Positions 9,304 to 18,272 of a stretch of DNA of 64,000 nucleotides are shown in pieces. Source of the DNA: an uncultured archaeon (lineage in GTDB: Archaea; Aenigmatarchaeota; Aenigmatarchaeia; QMZP01; JACQNV01); NCBI GenBank assembly GCA_964410585.1, contig CAYPFW010000001.1, forward strand, positions 68,781 through 132,780, in the 5' to 3' direction. The stretch's first letter is position 1; each line of letters begins with the position of its first letter. Made by a program: the position numbers and the translations under genes. The notes beneath the pieces are model-generated. The model saw nothing but the letters and a program-made list of their open reading frames with translations. It searched no databases and had not been told where the DNA came from.

Positions 9304-10494
9304 TTGGCTATGAAACTCTATGAGTTTGAAGGTAAAGAACTTTTTAAAAAGTCAGGGATAGCTGTGCCAAAATCTATACTTGTTGGAAGCCCTGAAAACT
9401 TACCAAAGAACCTTCTGGTTGTAAAATCCCAACTTCTGTCAGGAAAAAGAGGAAAGGCTGGTGTGATAAAAGTTTGCTCTTCGCAAGAGGACGTAGAAAA
9501 ATCTGTAAAAGAATTTTTGGGGAAAAAAGTCAACAATGAAGAAATTAAAAAAATTCTGCTCGAAGAAAAACTCGATGTCAAAAAAGAATATTACTTGTCA
9601 ATCACATATGACACGCGTGCGCGGTCACCTGTTTTCATTCTCTGTGCATCTGGTGGAATGGATATAGAAGAGTACAAAGAAAAAAATCCAGGAAAAGTTT
9701 TAATTGAGCCAGTTGATTTGACAGAGGAATTTGATCTGAAAAAAGCGCAGGCGCTTGCTAAAAAAGCGGGCTTCCCAGAAAAATCAGCTGAAATAATTTT
9801 GAACCTTTTCAATTGTTTCAAAAAATTCGATTGCAGGATTGCAGAAATAAACCCTTTAGTTGAAACATCGTCTGGTTTTTTCGCAGCTGACTCAAAAATT
9901 GTTTTAGATGATGATGCTTTGTTTAGGCACACTGATCTTGTTTTCCCACCAAGAACAGCAGGGGGAAGACAGCTCACAAAATTAGAAGAAGAAGCAAAAC
10001 AAGTTGATAAAGAAGATTATCGTGGTACAGCAGGCTCGTCTTTCATAGAATTGGATGGCGACATAGCAATTCTTGCTTCAGGTGGAGGGGCTTCAATAAC
10101 ATGTGTAGATGCTTTGATTGCATATGGCGGTCGCCCAGCAAACTATGTTGAATATTCTGGAAATCCGCCAAAAGCAAAGGTGAAAAGGCTCACAGAAGTC
10201 ACTTTGTCTAAACCAAATTTGAAAGGCTGTTGGATAGTTGGTGGCAGAGCCAATTTCACAGATATATATGAAACCCTGAAAGGTATTGTAGAGGCTTTGG
10301 AAGAACTAAATCCAAAATATCCTATAATTGTCAGAAGAGCAGGACCAAGAGACAAAGAAGCATTTGAAATGCTAAAAGAAAAAGCAAAAAAGCATGGATG
10401 GAATTTGCTTGCTTTCGGTGATGAAACACCAATGACAGAAACTGCGAAAATTTTGTTGGATGAAATTCGCAAAGTGAATGGGGGAAAGTACTAG
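9304..10494 (+). CDS. sucC: succinyl-CoA synthetase beta-subunit family (ATP-grasp); alternatively citryl-CoA synthetase large subunit
   Basis: MKLYEFEGKELFKKSGIAVP ATP-grasp N-terminus; ASGGGASITCVDALIAYGGRPANYVEYSG CoA-ligase motif. Confidence 0.85.
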   Translation: MAMKLYEFEGKELFKKSGIAVPKSILVGSPENLPKNLLVVKSQLLSGKRGKAGVIKVCSSQEDVEKSVKEFLGKKVNNEEIKKILLEEKLDVKKEYYLSITYDTRARSPVFILCASGGMDIEEYKEKNPGKVLIEPVDLTEEFDLKKAQALAKKAGFPEKSAEIILNLFNCFKKFDCRIAEINPLVETSSGFFAADSKIVLDDDALFRHTDLVFPPRTAGGRQLTKLEEEAKQVDKEDYRGTAGSSFIELDGDIAILASGGGASITCVDALIAYGGRPANYVEYSGNPPKAKVKRLTEVTLSKPNLKGCWIVGGRANFTDIYETLKGIVEALEELNPKYPIIVRRAGPRDKEAFEMLKEKAKKHGWNLLAFGDETPMTETAKILLDEIRKVNGGKY

Positions 10495-10495
10495 T

Positions 10496-11389
10496 ATGTC
10501 AATCCTAATCGACAAAAATACAAAAGTATTGGTTCAGGGAATCACAGGAAAAGAAGGTTCAAAATCAACAAAAGAAATGATAGAATACGGGACAAAAGTT
10601 GTTGCAGGTGTCACTCCAGGAAAAGGTGGCCAACAAGTTGAGGGGCTTCCTGTTTACAACACAGTAAAAGATGCTGTGCAAAAACATCCAGAAATAAATG
10701 CAACTGTTTTATATGTGCCACCTGCTGGTTTGAAAGCAGCGGCCATCGAGGCCATAGATGCTGGCATTCCTCTTTTGAACATAATTACAGAGCATGTACC
10801 TATCCAAGATTCAGCATACATCTATGCATATGCAAAAAAGAAAAAAGCAAGTATTGTTGGCCCGTCTTCTGTTGGAATAATTTCTCCTGGAAAATGTAGG
10901 CTTGGTTCAATTGGCGGAATAGATCCTTCAATTCAGTTTGTCCCAGGAAATATTGGAGTAATTTCAAAATCAGGTGGAATGTCTTCTGAAATTTCTTTGA
11001 TAATAAAAAAAGCAGGTTTGGGCCAATCTACTGTGGTTGGTATGGGTGGTGATGTTGTCGCAGGTTCAACATTCCACGAGTTCCTAGAACTTTTTGAAAA
11101 AGATTCAGAGACAAAAGGAGTTGTTGTTTTTGGCGAGCTTGGTGGAACATATGAAGAGCAGCTTGCAGAATTTATCAAAGCGAAAAAATTCACAAAACCT
11201 GTTGCTGCTTTCATTGGTGGTGAATTTGCAGTCAATTTGCCAGAAGGACAATCTTTAGGACATGCTGGTGCTTTGATAGAAGGAAAAACGGGCTTGCCTC
11301 AAAACAAGAAAAAGGCGCTCCAAGAAGCTGGTGTAAAAGTTGCAAAAGTTCCAGGCGAACTCGGGGAATTGATCAAAGGATTAATTTGA
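10496..11389 (+). CDS. sucD: succinyl-CoA synthetase alpha-subunit family; alternatively citryl-CoA synthetase small subunit
   Basis: [37 protein letters not shown], phosphohistidine loop [11 protein letters not shown]; start set to the ATG 18 nt into the ORF-track frame, abutting the sucC stop. Confidence 0.9.
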   Translation: MSILIDKNTKVLVQGITGKEGSKSTKEMIEYGTKVVAGVTPGKGGQQVEGLPVYNTVKDAVQKHPEINATVLYVPPAGLKAAAIEAIDAGIPLLNIITEHVPIQDSAYIYAYAKKKKASIVGPSSVGIISPGKCRLGSIGGIDPSIQFVPGNIGVISKSGGMSSEISLIIKKAGLGQSTVVGMGGDVVAGSTFHEFLELFEKDSETKGVVVFGELGGTYEEQLAEFIKAKKFTKPVAAFIGGEFAVNLPEGQSLGHAGALIEGKTGLPQNKKKALQEAGVKVAKVPGELGELIKGLI

Positions 11390-11422
11390 TACCTTTTTAT
11401 ATATCGGTCAACAATTAATTTT

Positions 11423-12031
11423 ATGCAGCTGAAAACTATTTTTGTGCTCATGCTTATTTCGATTGTTTTAATCTCTGGATGTACAGTGCCCCAAGATCAA
11501 CAAAAACTAAAAATTGAAAAAACAACAGACACTGATTTAACATCACAAGTGGAAAGTGATCAGCAGAAAACAGAAACCCCTTCTGAGCAAACTAAAACAG
11601 TTCCCTCTGACAAAGAAACAAAAAGCTCAGAAGATTTGTCAACAAGTGAGCCTCTAAAATTTTCAGGAAATGTTTTAGCTGGAACATCGTCTCCTTTTAT
11701 CGAATTCAATAGTCCAGACTTTCAGCTTGCTTTGGAATCAGACAAACTAATTATCCTTTCATTCTATGCAAATTGGTGTCCTATATGTAAAGCAGAAGAG
11801 CCTGAGCTTTTCGCAGGTTTTAATGAGTTAGAAACAGACAATGTTGTTGGCTTTAGGGTTAATTTCAATGACGATCAAACTGATTTTGAAGAACAGAAGC
11901 TAGCAGAGGATTATCAAGTTCCATACCAGCACACAAGAGTTTTTATAAAAAATAAAGAAATTGTTTTAAAAACCCCAGAGTCTTGGACAAAAGAGAGATT
12001 GTTGGAAGAAATAAACAAGTATTTAGAATAA
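11423..12031 (+). CDS. thioredoxin-fold lipoprotein (TlpA/ResA-like thiol-disulfide oxidoreductase)
   Basis: Signal peptide with LISGC lipobox; WCPIC active-site motif. Confidence 0.75.
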   Translation: MQLKTIFVLMLISIVLISGCTVPQDQQKLKIEKTTDTDLTSQVESDQQKTETPSEQTKTVPSDKETKSSEDLSTSEPLKFSGNVLAGTSSPFIEFNSPDFQLALESDKLIILSFYANWCPICKAEEPELFAGFNELETDNVVGFRVNFNDDQTDFEEQKLAEDYQVPYQHTRVFIKNKEIVLKTPESWTKERLLEEINKYLE

Positions 12032-12032
12032 T

Positions 12033-12752
12033 ATGAATAGGCAAACTGTAATTTTCCTGAACTCAGTTGCTTTTGTTCTAGGTTTTTCTTTTATTTTTTC
12101 TTTAGTTGGTGTTTTAGTGAACTCTATTCTTTCAAATGTTGCATACACAACTGTAAATCTGCTTCGATTGGTTGGTGGAACAGTGATCATACTTTTTGGG
12201 ATTTTTCTGATAGCTTCACTGAAATATAAAATCCCTTTCCTGCAATCAGAGCATAAGATAAAAATTAAAAAATTCAAAATAAGTTATATTTCTTCTTTTT
12301 TGTTTGGTGTTGCCTTTGCAGTTGGTTGGACTCCATGTGTCGGTGCTATCTTAGGTTCAATATACGCCCTAGCTGCTACCTCTCCTGGTTCTAGCTTCCT
12401 TCTTTTGTTCACATATTCATTGGGAATTGGTATACCGTTTTTGATTGCAGGCGCATTCACATCAAAAGTCTCAAAGTTTGTTGAAAAATCCCAAAAAGTT
12501 TTAAAGTATTTCAATATAATTGGTGGCCTGCTTTTGATTTTAATTGGACTCTTTGTTTTATTCAATTATTTAGGAATTGTGGCTGCATTTTTTGTTGGAG
12601 GGGAAGGTATTGTAGTTTCAGGGCAATTGAATTTTTTAATTGCGTTTTTAGCAGGCGTTGTAACTTTTATTTCTCCATGTATTCTTCCTCTGCTTCCTGC
12701 TTTCTTCTCCTATATGGCTGGAACAGCTGCAACCACTTTAAAAGAAAATTAG
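12033..12752 (+). CDS. CcdA/DsbD-family membrane thiol-disulfide transporter, apparently circularly permuted
   Basis: GWTPCVGAILGS near residue 100 and FISPCILPLLPAFFSYMAG at the extreme C-terminus, i.e. the two canonical CcdA Cys helices in reversed order. Confidence 0.7.
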   Translation: MNRQTVIFLNSVAFVLGFSFIFSLVGVLVNSILSNVAYTTVNLLRLVGGTVIILFGIFLIASLKYKIPFLQSEHKIKIKKFKISYISSFLFGVAFAVGWTPCVGAILGSIYALAATSPGSSFLLLFTYSLGIGIPFLIAGAFTSKVSKFVEKSQKVLKYFNIIGGLLLILIGLFVLFNYLGIVAAFFVGGEGIVVSGQLNFLIAFLAGVVTFISPCILPLLPAFFSYMAGTAATTLKEN

Positions 12753-12810
12753 CGATTGCCGTATATTCTGAGAATATGCTTTTAAAACCGTCAGATCTAA
12801 TTAGTGTGAT

Positions 12811-13557
12811 ATGACAGACAAGAAATGGAAGACTAGGATTGCAGATTCGTCTGATGAAAGGACAGTTGTAAGAGGATACAATTTGATGGATTTGATTGGT
12901 CGCCTTTCATTTTCAGAAATGATTTTTTTAGAATTGAGAGGAAAACTTCCAAATGAAAAAGAGAGGAAAATGATGGACGCAATTCTTGTCTCAACTGTAG
13001 AGCATGGTATAGCGCCTCCATCTATCACAGCAGCTAGGACAGCCTTTTCTGGAGGAAATCCGATTTCAGCAGGCGTCGCAGCAGGTGTTTTGGCAATTGG
13101 TGAACATCATGGTGGAGCAATTGAACAAGCCGCAAAAGTTTACCAAGAGAACCTTTTGAAATCAGCAGATGAAGTTGTCAAAGATTATAGAACAAAGAGA
13201 ATGAGACTTCCTGGATATGGTCACAAAATTTACACAATTGATCCAAGAACAGTGAAAATGTTCCAAGTGGCTGAAGAGCTGGGAATTTTCGGCCACCACT
13301 GCAGGTTTGCACAAGAGGTCGAAAAATCTTTGGAAAAAGATTTGGGCAGAAAACTTTGTTTGAATGTTGACGGTGCCATTGCTGCAATTATGTCTGACAT
13401 GGGTTTTGATTGGAGATTGGGGAAAGGATTTTTCATCATTGGGAGAACAGTTGGGATAATTGCACACTTGCACGAAGAATGGACAACAGAACCTCCTTTC
13501 AGAAGATTGGACAGGTCAGAATATGACTATCTGGGCGAAGAAGGGAAGAAGTTGTAG
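12811..13557 (+). CDS. short citrate-synthase-family protein (citryl-CoA lyase-like, 248 aa)
   Basis: RGYNL, HGGAIE, LPGYGHKIYTIDPR and NVDGAIAAI motifs in citrate-synthase order but lacking the large central segment. Confidence 0.7.
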   Translation: MTDKKWKTRIADSSDERTVVRGYNLMDLIGRLSFSEMIFLELRGKLPNEKERKMMDAILVSTVEHGIAPPSITAARTAFSGGNPISAGVAAGVLAIGEHHGGAIEQAAKVYQENLLKSADEVVKDYRTKRMRLPGYGHKIYTIDPRTVKMFQVAEELGIFGHHCRFAQEVEKSLEKDLGRKLCLNVDGAIAAIMSDMGFDWRLGKGFFIIGRTVGIIAHLHEEWTTEPPFRRLDRSEYDYLGEEGKKL

Positions 13558-13580
13558 GCGGTTTTGGATACGGTAGCCTT

Positions 13581-13889
13581 TTGCAAAAGGCGGGAGCCTT
13601 TAAAAGGCTAGCAGGGGAAGAAGTTGTAATGTTTAATTTCCTGAAAAAGAAAAAAGAAGAAAAGTGTGCCAAGTGTGATAAGGCAGTCCACAAAATAGAA
13701 GGCTGGTATGGAGATACAGACCTCCAGAATGAAAAGCCTTTGAAATCTAATTTTTGCATAGATCATTTGGTTCAAGAAAGTCCTAAAGATTTCAATAAAC
13801 ACATAATCAACTACGCAAAAAATGTCAATGAATACGACGAAAAGATGAGAAAGAAATACGAAAAGAGCAAAACTGAAACACACAACTAG
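13581..13889 (+). CDS. small hypothetical protein with CxxC motif
   Basis: ORF track; CAKCDK and CIDH motifs; start may be the internal MFNF. Confidence 0.35.
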   Translation: MQKAGAFKRLAGEEVVMFNFLKKKKEEKCAKCDKAVHKIEGWYGDTDLQNEKPLKSNFCIDHLVQESPKDFNKHIINYAKNVNEYDEKMRKKYEKSKTETHN

Positions 13890-13918
13890 TTTTTAATTGG
13901 ATCCAAACAAATATAATA

Positions 13919-14461
13919 ATGGAAATAGTAACAAAAGATTTTAAGGAGATTTTTTCTGCAGAAATTATTTCAATAACAGGCGGCCTGTTAGCTGGTTTAC
14001 TTTTGGCTTTTTATGTTGACAAAATATATCTTGTTCCAGGAATTTTCATCCTCCTCCCAGGATTTTTGGAAATGAGAGGAAACATAAGTGGAACAATTTC
14101 AGCAAGGCTGAGTTCAGGACTTTTCCTCAATGTGGTTAAGCCTTCTATAAAAAATAACAGAGTACTAAAAGGCAATGTCCTTGCTTCAATTGTTTTGGTT
14201 GTTCTTGTCTCTCTTCTACTTGGGGCAGTAAGCTACCTTGTTACTTATTTTATTTTTGGCTTAAATTTCCCTCAAATAATTTTGATTTCCTTTATTGCAG
14301 CTGTTTTATCAAGTGTTATTCAGATACCGCTTTCAATTGCTACAACTTTTTGGATTTTCAAAAAAGGGCATGATCCAAACAATATAATGGGACCTTACAT
14401 AACAACAACAGGCGACATAATTAGTATAGCTTCCCTTTTGGTAGCAATATTTTTGGTATGA
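13919..14461 (+). CDS. MgtE-like divalent-cation transporter membrane domain protein
   Basis: Polytopic; GNISGTISARLSSGLFL resembles the MgtE TM-domain signature. Confidence 0.55.
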   Translation: MEIVTKDFKEIFSAEIISITGGLLAGLLLAFYVDKIYLVPGIFILLPGFLEMRGNISGTISARLSSGLFLNVVKPSIKNNRVLKGNVLASIVLVVLVSLLLGAVSYLVTYFIFGLNFPQIILISFIAAVLSSVIQIPLSIATTFWIFKKGHDPNNIMGPYITTTGDIISIASLLVAIFLV

Positions 14462-15165
14462 AAAAATTCCCTAAAATTTCAGATAAAATAAGGAAGAAAA
14501 TTGTAGGTTTGGAAAGAAAAAAGCACCACCCACTGACACACCATGTTCATAGAAAGCACGGGATCTCCCATAAAACACTTTTGTACATGAAAGAGTACGG
14601 GCCAAAATCACATGTCTACCATGTAATTGTTAAAGAAAGCCTGAGAGTGCTTATCTTGGCATCCTTGATATCATCTATAGGCGGATTTTCCCTTCAATTA
14701 ATTGGATCAAAAATTGTTTCAATTATTCCTCTCCTAATCTTGCTACCAGCCCTAAACAACATGATAGGAAGCTACGGTACAATAATTTCTTCAAAATTTA
14801 CTATAGGTCTCTATACAGGAAAAGTAGGGACAAATTGGTGGAGGTCTGAATACACGCATAAACTTTTTGTTTCAATTTTTTTAATTTCTATATTTTCCAC
14901 AATTTACATAAGCCTACTGTCATCTGGAATTGCATATATTAAAGGATTTGGATTGACATTTGATTTGGTTTTCAATATCCTGAAAATATCTTTTGTAGCA
15001 ACCATGCTATTGGTTGGAATTATTTTTTTGGTTTCTGTTGCTTTGGGTTGGCATTTCTACAAAAAACAAGAAGACCCAAATAACTTTTTGATCCCAATAA
15101 CCACATCTATAGCAGATTTTGGAAGCATGATTGTTTTCATGCTCATGGTAAGCTTTTTATTCTAG
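14458..15165 (+). CDS. MgtE-like divalent-cation transporter membrane domain protein (paralogue of upstream gene)
   Basis: ATGA start/stop overlap with upstream ORF; NNMIGSYGTIISSKFTIGLY motif. Confidence 0.55.
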   Translation: MKKFPKISDKIRKKIVGLERKKHHPLTHHVHRKHGISHKTLLYMKEYGPKSHVYHVIVKESLRVLILASLISSIGGFSLQLIGSKIVSIIPLLILLPALNNMIGSYGTIISSKFTIGLYTGKVGTNWWRSEYTHKLFVSIFLISIFSTIYISLLSSGIAYIKGFGLTFDLVFNILKISFVATMLLVGIIFLVSVALGWHFYKKQEDPNNFLIPITTSIADFGSMIVFMLMVSFLF

Positions 15166-15235
15166 AAACAAAATTTATAGCGTCAAAGGCTAACGAATGC
15201 ACCTTGCAAAAGGAACTGCAAGGCTGTTTGTTGGC

Positions 15236-15796
15236 CTAAGACATTTCTTTGTAAACCAAAATCTCATCCAAATATAGATCACCAAACTTTCCTCCATTTG
15301 GTATTTTGCCGCAATTTTTAAAGCCAAGTTTTTCATGTAATTTAGCAGAAGCTAGGTTATCTGAAAAATAAGATGAGCGGATAATTTTTGCGTCCATTTC
15401 TTTTGCCAAACCAAAAAGGGTTTCTGCCATTTGCGTTCCCAATCCAAGTTCCCTGTACTCTTTTTTCAAAATTATTCCAAATGTGACAACATGGTCTATT
15501 GGGCTCGGTGGCTCTAAATTTTTAGCAACTGAACAATTTCCAACAACCTTTCCATCAATTTCAACAAACAAATTTATCTCCAATCCTTGTTTCATTCTTT
15601 TCAAAGTTGTTTTGAGCCATTTTATTTCTTGTTTGTGGTCTGCTTTTTTGACAGAGCTCACCCTCGCGCCTTCATCAACAAGAGAATTTATCAGAACTTG
15701 AAGGTCTTTTAGATCTTCCATTTTCGGATATCTAAATTTGACCTTCTTTCCTTCTACCTGAAACTCTCGAATGACTTCTCCTTGTTTAAATTTCAT
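15236..15796 (-). CDS. GNAT family N-acetyltransferase
   Basis: RELGLGTQMAETL motif A and C-terminal GNAT core. Confidence 0.75.
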   Translation of the reverse strand: MKFKQGEVIREFQVEGKKVKFRYPKMEDLKDLQVLINSLVDEGARVSSVKKADHKQEIKWLKTTLKRMKQGLEINLFVEIDGKVVGNCSVAKNLEPPSPIDHVVTFGIILKKEYRELGLGTQMAETLFGLAKEMDAKIIRSSYFSDNLASAKLHEKLGFKNCGKIPNGGKFGDLYLDEILVYKEMS

Positions 15797-17187
15797 TTTA
15801 ATTTCTCACTTGCACTCCCCAACGCAACCAGTTTCCTCTCTTGCAAATGATCTCCTAAAATATGCATGCCGACAGGCATCCCATCAACTTTTCCGCAAGG
15901 AACAGAGAGCATTGGTATGCCTGCTAAATTTGGCGCAACAGTAAGTATGTCCATCATGTAATTTTCCAATGGAGAAAGCTTTTCAATTTCAGAAAATTTT
16001 GGCGCAATGTTTGGCATTGTTGGTGAAATCAAAACATCAAATTTTTTGAAAGCTTTTTTGAAATCTTCGATGATTAAAGTCCTCAACTTCATTGCTTTCA
16101 AATAGTATTGGTCTCTATAGCCAGCCATTCTTGCAAATGTGCCTAAAAGTATCCTTCTCTTAGCTTCTTCGCCAAAATATTTTGTCCTGACTTTTGAAAA
16201 ATATTCATTCATATTCCCTTGCACATCAGCAGAAGCACCATACCTCATTCCACAATATTTTGCTAAGTTTGTAGAAGCCTCTGATGTTGCGATTATGTAG
16301 TATGCAGAAAGAGCATATTTTGTGTGTGGGAGTGATATTTCCTCGTATTTGCATCCTAAACTTTCTAATTTTTTTATCCTTTCCCAAATTTGTTTCTCAA
16401 CTTTCTTGTTCACACCTTCTGAAAAATACTCTTTAGGTATTCCGATTTTGTATTTAGAAATATCCTCACCTAAGTATTTTGTGTAAATTTCCTGTTTGCG
16501 ATTGATGCTTGTTGAATCTTTTGGATCGTGTGAAGCAATTGTTGAAAGTGAAAGCGCGATGTCATACATTGATTTTCCAATTGGTCCAATTTTGTCCAAA
16601 CTGTTTGCATAATCTATCAGACCATATCTGGAGACCAGACCATATGTTGGTGTTAGGCCATACACACCACAGTAAGCAGCTGGACATGAAATACTTCCTC
16701 CAGTTGATTCTGCAATTGCTATATGAGGATATTCCAATGCCGCTGTCAAACCAGCAGCTCCGCCTGAAGAGCCCCCACAAGTTCTTGTTGGATCTAAAGG
16801 ATTTTTTGGAATTTGAAAACCAGAGTTTGTAGAAAATGTGCCAAAACCAAATTCGTCTTGGTTTGTTTTTCCGATAATGGCGCCACCATTTTTTTTAATC
16901 GAACCAATGCAAGTCGCATCAAAGGGGGGTTTGTATCCTTCCAAAATCTTTGAGCCTGCTGCTGACTGGATATCTTTTACACAGATGCAGTCTTTCACAG
17001 AAAATGGCAAGCCAAAAAAGCCTGTCTCTGGTTGCTTATTTTCGAGTGAGCAAATTGTGTTGAGGAAGCCAAATTTTTTGTTCAGTTTTTCAACTTCGTC
17101 TGAAAAATTTTTGCAAAAATCCGCGTAATCCAATTTTCGAGACTGCGACAATTCTAGATAATCTTTAACACTTATTTTATAATTCAT
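15793..17187 (-). CDS. gatA: glutamyl-tRNA(Gln) amidotransferase subunit A (amidase signature family)
   Basis: GGSSGGAAGLTAA amidase signature; length 464 aa. Confidence 0.9.
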   Translation of the reverse strand: MNYKISVKDYLELSQSRKLDYADFCKNFSDEVEKLNKKFGFLNTICSLENKQPETGFFGLPFSVKDCICVKDIQSAAGSKILEGYKPPFDATCIGSIKKNGGAIIGKTNQDEFGFGTFSTNSGFQIPKNPLDPTRTCGGSSGGAAGLTAALEYPHIAIAESTGGSISCPAAYCGVYGLTPTYGLVSRYGLIDYANSLDKIGPIGKSMYDIALSLSTIASHDPKDSTSINRKQEIYTKYLGEDISKYKIGIPKEYFSEGVNKKVEKQIWERIKKLESLGCKYEEISLPHTKYALSAYYIIATSEASTNLAKYCGMRYGASADVQGNMNEYFSKVRTKYFGEEAKRRILLGTFARMAGYRDQYYLKAMKLRTLIIEDFKKAFKKFDVLISPTMPNIAPKFSEIEKLSPLENYMMDILTVAPNLAGIPMLSVPCGKVDGMPVGMHILGDHLQERKLVALGSASEKLK

Positions 17188-17221
17188 AGAATATCTAAGT
17201 TATTAGAAATAAATAGTAGCT

Positions 17222-18091
17222 TTAATTGTCTTCCTTTGCTTCTTTCTTGTGTTTTGGTTTTCGGCCCTGTTGTTTTTTAATTTTTATTATTTTGTTTATT
17301 TCTGTATCCCATTTTTTCCCAAATTCACCATATGTGGGTATCCATTCATCTGAGAATTTTCTCTCAAGTAAATCAAGTTCAAACTTTAGACTTCTTATAA
17401 CACCATCATTGACCATTTTTGCTTTCTTGAATTTGTCCAAAAGTCTTTTGGCCTTTCTGTTAACTGGTTCTAAATTTTTCTTTATTGTTTTTTCAGCACT
17501 TAAAATCTGCACAACCTTATCTAAAGTTTCTTTTGGCGGGCTATGTAAATTGTCAACAACTTCATTGATGTATGTATGTGGATAGACAACACTTCTCAGT
17601 GTTTGGATTGTTTCTTTTAGAATTCCTGATTTGTCTTTTTTGCCCTTTGATTTTCGTGCAGCGGATTGTAAAATTTTTGTCACCTCGTCTTCTGCGCTTT
17701 TTTCAAGTGTGTTAAAATATTTTGACTGCATCTGTTCAACTAGTTCAGCCATCTCGTGTTCTGTTCTTTTTTCATCCCATGCAGTTTTTGCGAGCTTGAG
17801 CTTTCTCTGTAATTCCAAATATTTTGGAGGCAGCTTTCCTAGAACAATTCCCTCACTGCTGACAGAATAAACATTGCCAAGTCTCTTCCTTTTGGCAGCT
17901 GAAAGCAAAGTTTCTGGATAATAAATCTTTGTTGGCTTCAACATGAACTCGCAAATATCTTTCCACTTTTTAGCTTCCCGGTTTAGAGGTTCTAGGGCTA
18001 AAATTTGATTTATTTCATCCAAAGCTAATTGGTATTCGTATTGTTCAGCTAATCTTTCAATATTTTTGAGCTTTTCGCGAGTAGTTGGCAT
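17222..18091 (-). CDS. hypothetical lysine-rich coiled-coil protein
   Basis: ORF track; no recognised motif. Confidence 0.5.
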   Translation of the reverse strand: MPTTREKLKNIERLAEQYEYQLALDEINQILALEPLNREAKKWKDICEFMLKPTKIYYPETLLSAAKRKRLGNVYSVSSEGIVLGKLPPKYLELQRKLKLAKTAWDEKRTEHEMAELVEQMQSKYFNTLEKSAEDEVTKILQSAARKSKGKKDKSGILKETIQTLRSVVYPHTYINEVVDNLHSPPKETLDKVVQILSAEKTIKKNLEPVNRKAKRLLDKFKKAKMVNDGVIRSLKFELDLLERKFSDEWIPTYGEFGKKWDTEINKIIKIKKQQGRKPKHKKEAKEDN

Positions 18092-18272
18092 ATTGGATTC
18101 TTTTTAACAAAAAAAGTCTGTTTTTGCTTTTTTGAGTTTGCCTCCCTAAGTTTACTATATTATTGGATGTTTGTATTTAAACAGGTTATGTTCAAAAGTC
18201 ATATAACAGTGTTATATCTACTCACATTCTATTTATTCTTCATAAGATAATATACAATATTCAAGGAGCGCC

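Noticed and set aside
9318-9977. Reverse-strand ORFs inside sucC
   Set aside because: Antisense to a conserved gene with strong motif support
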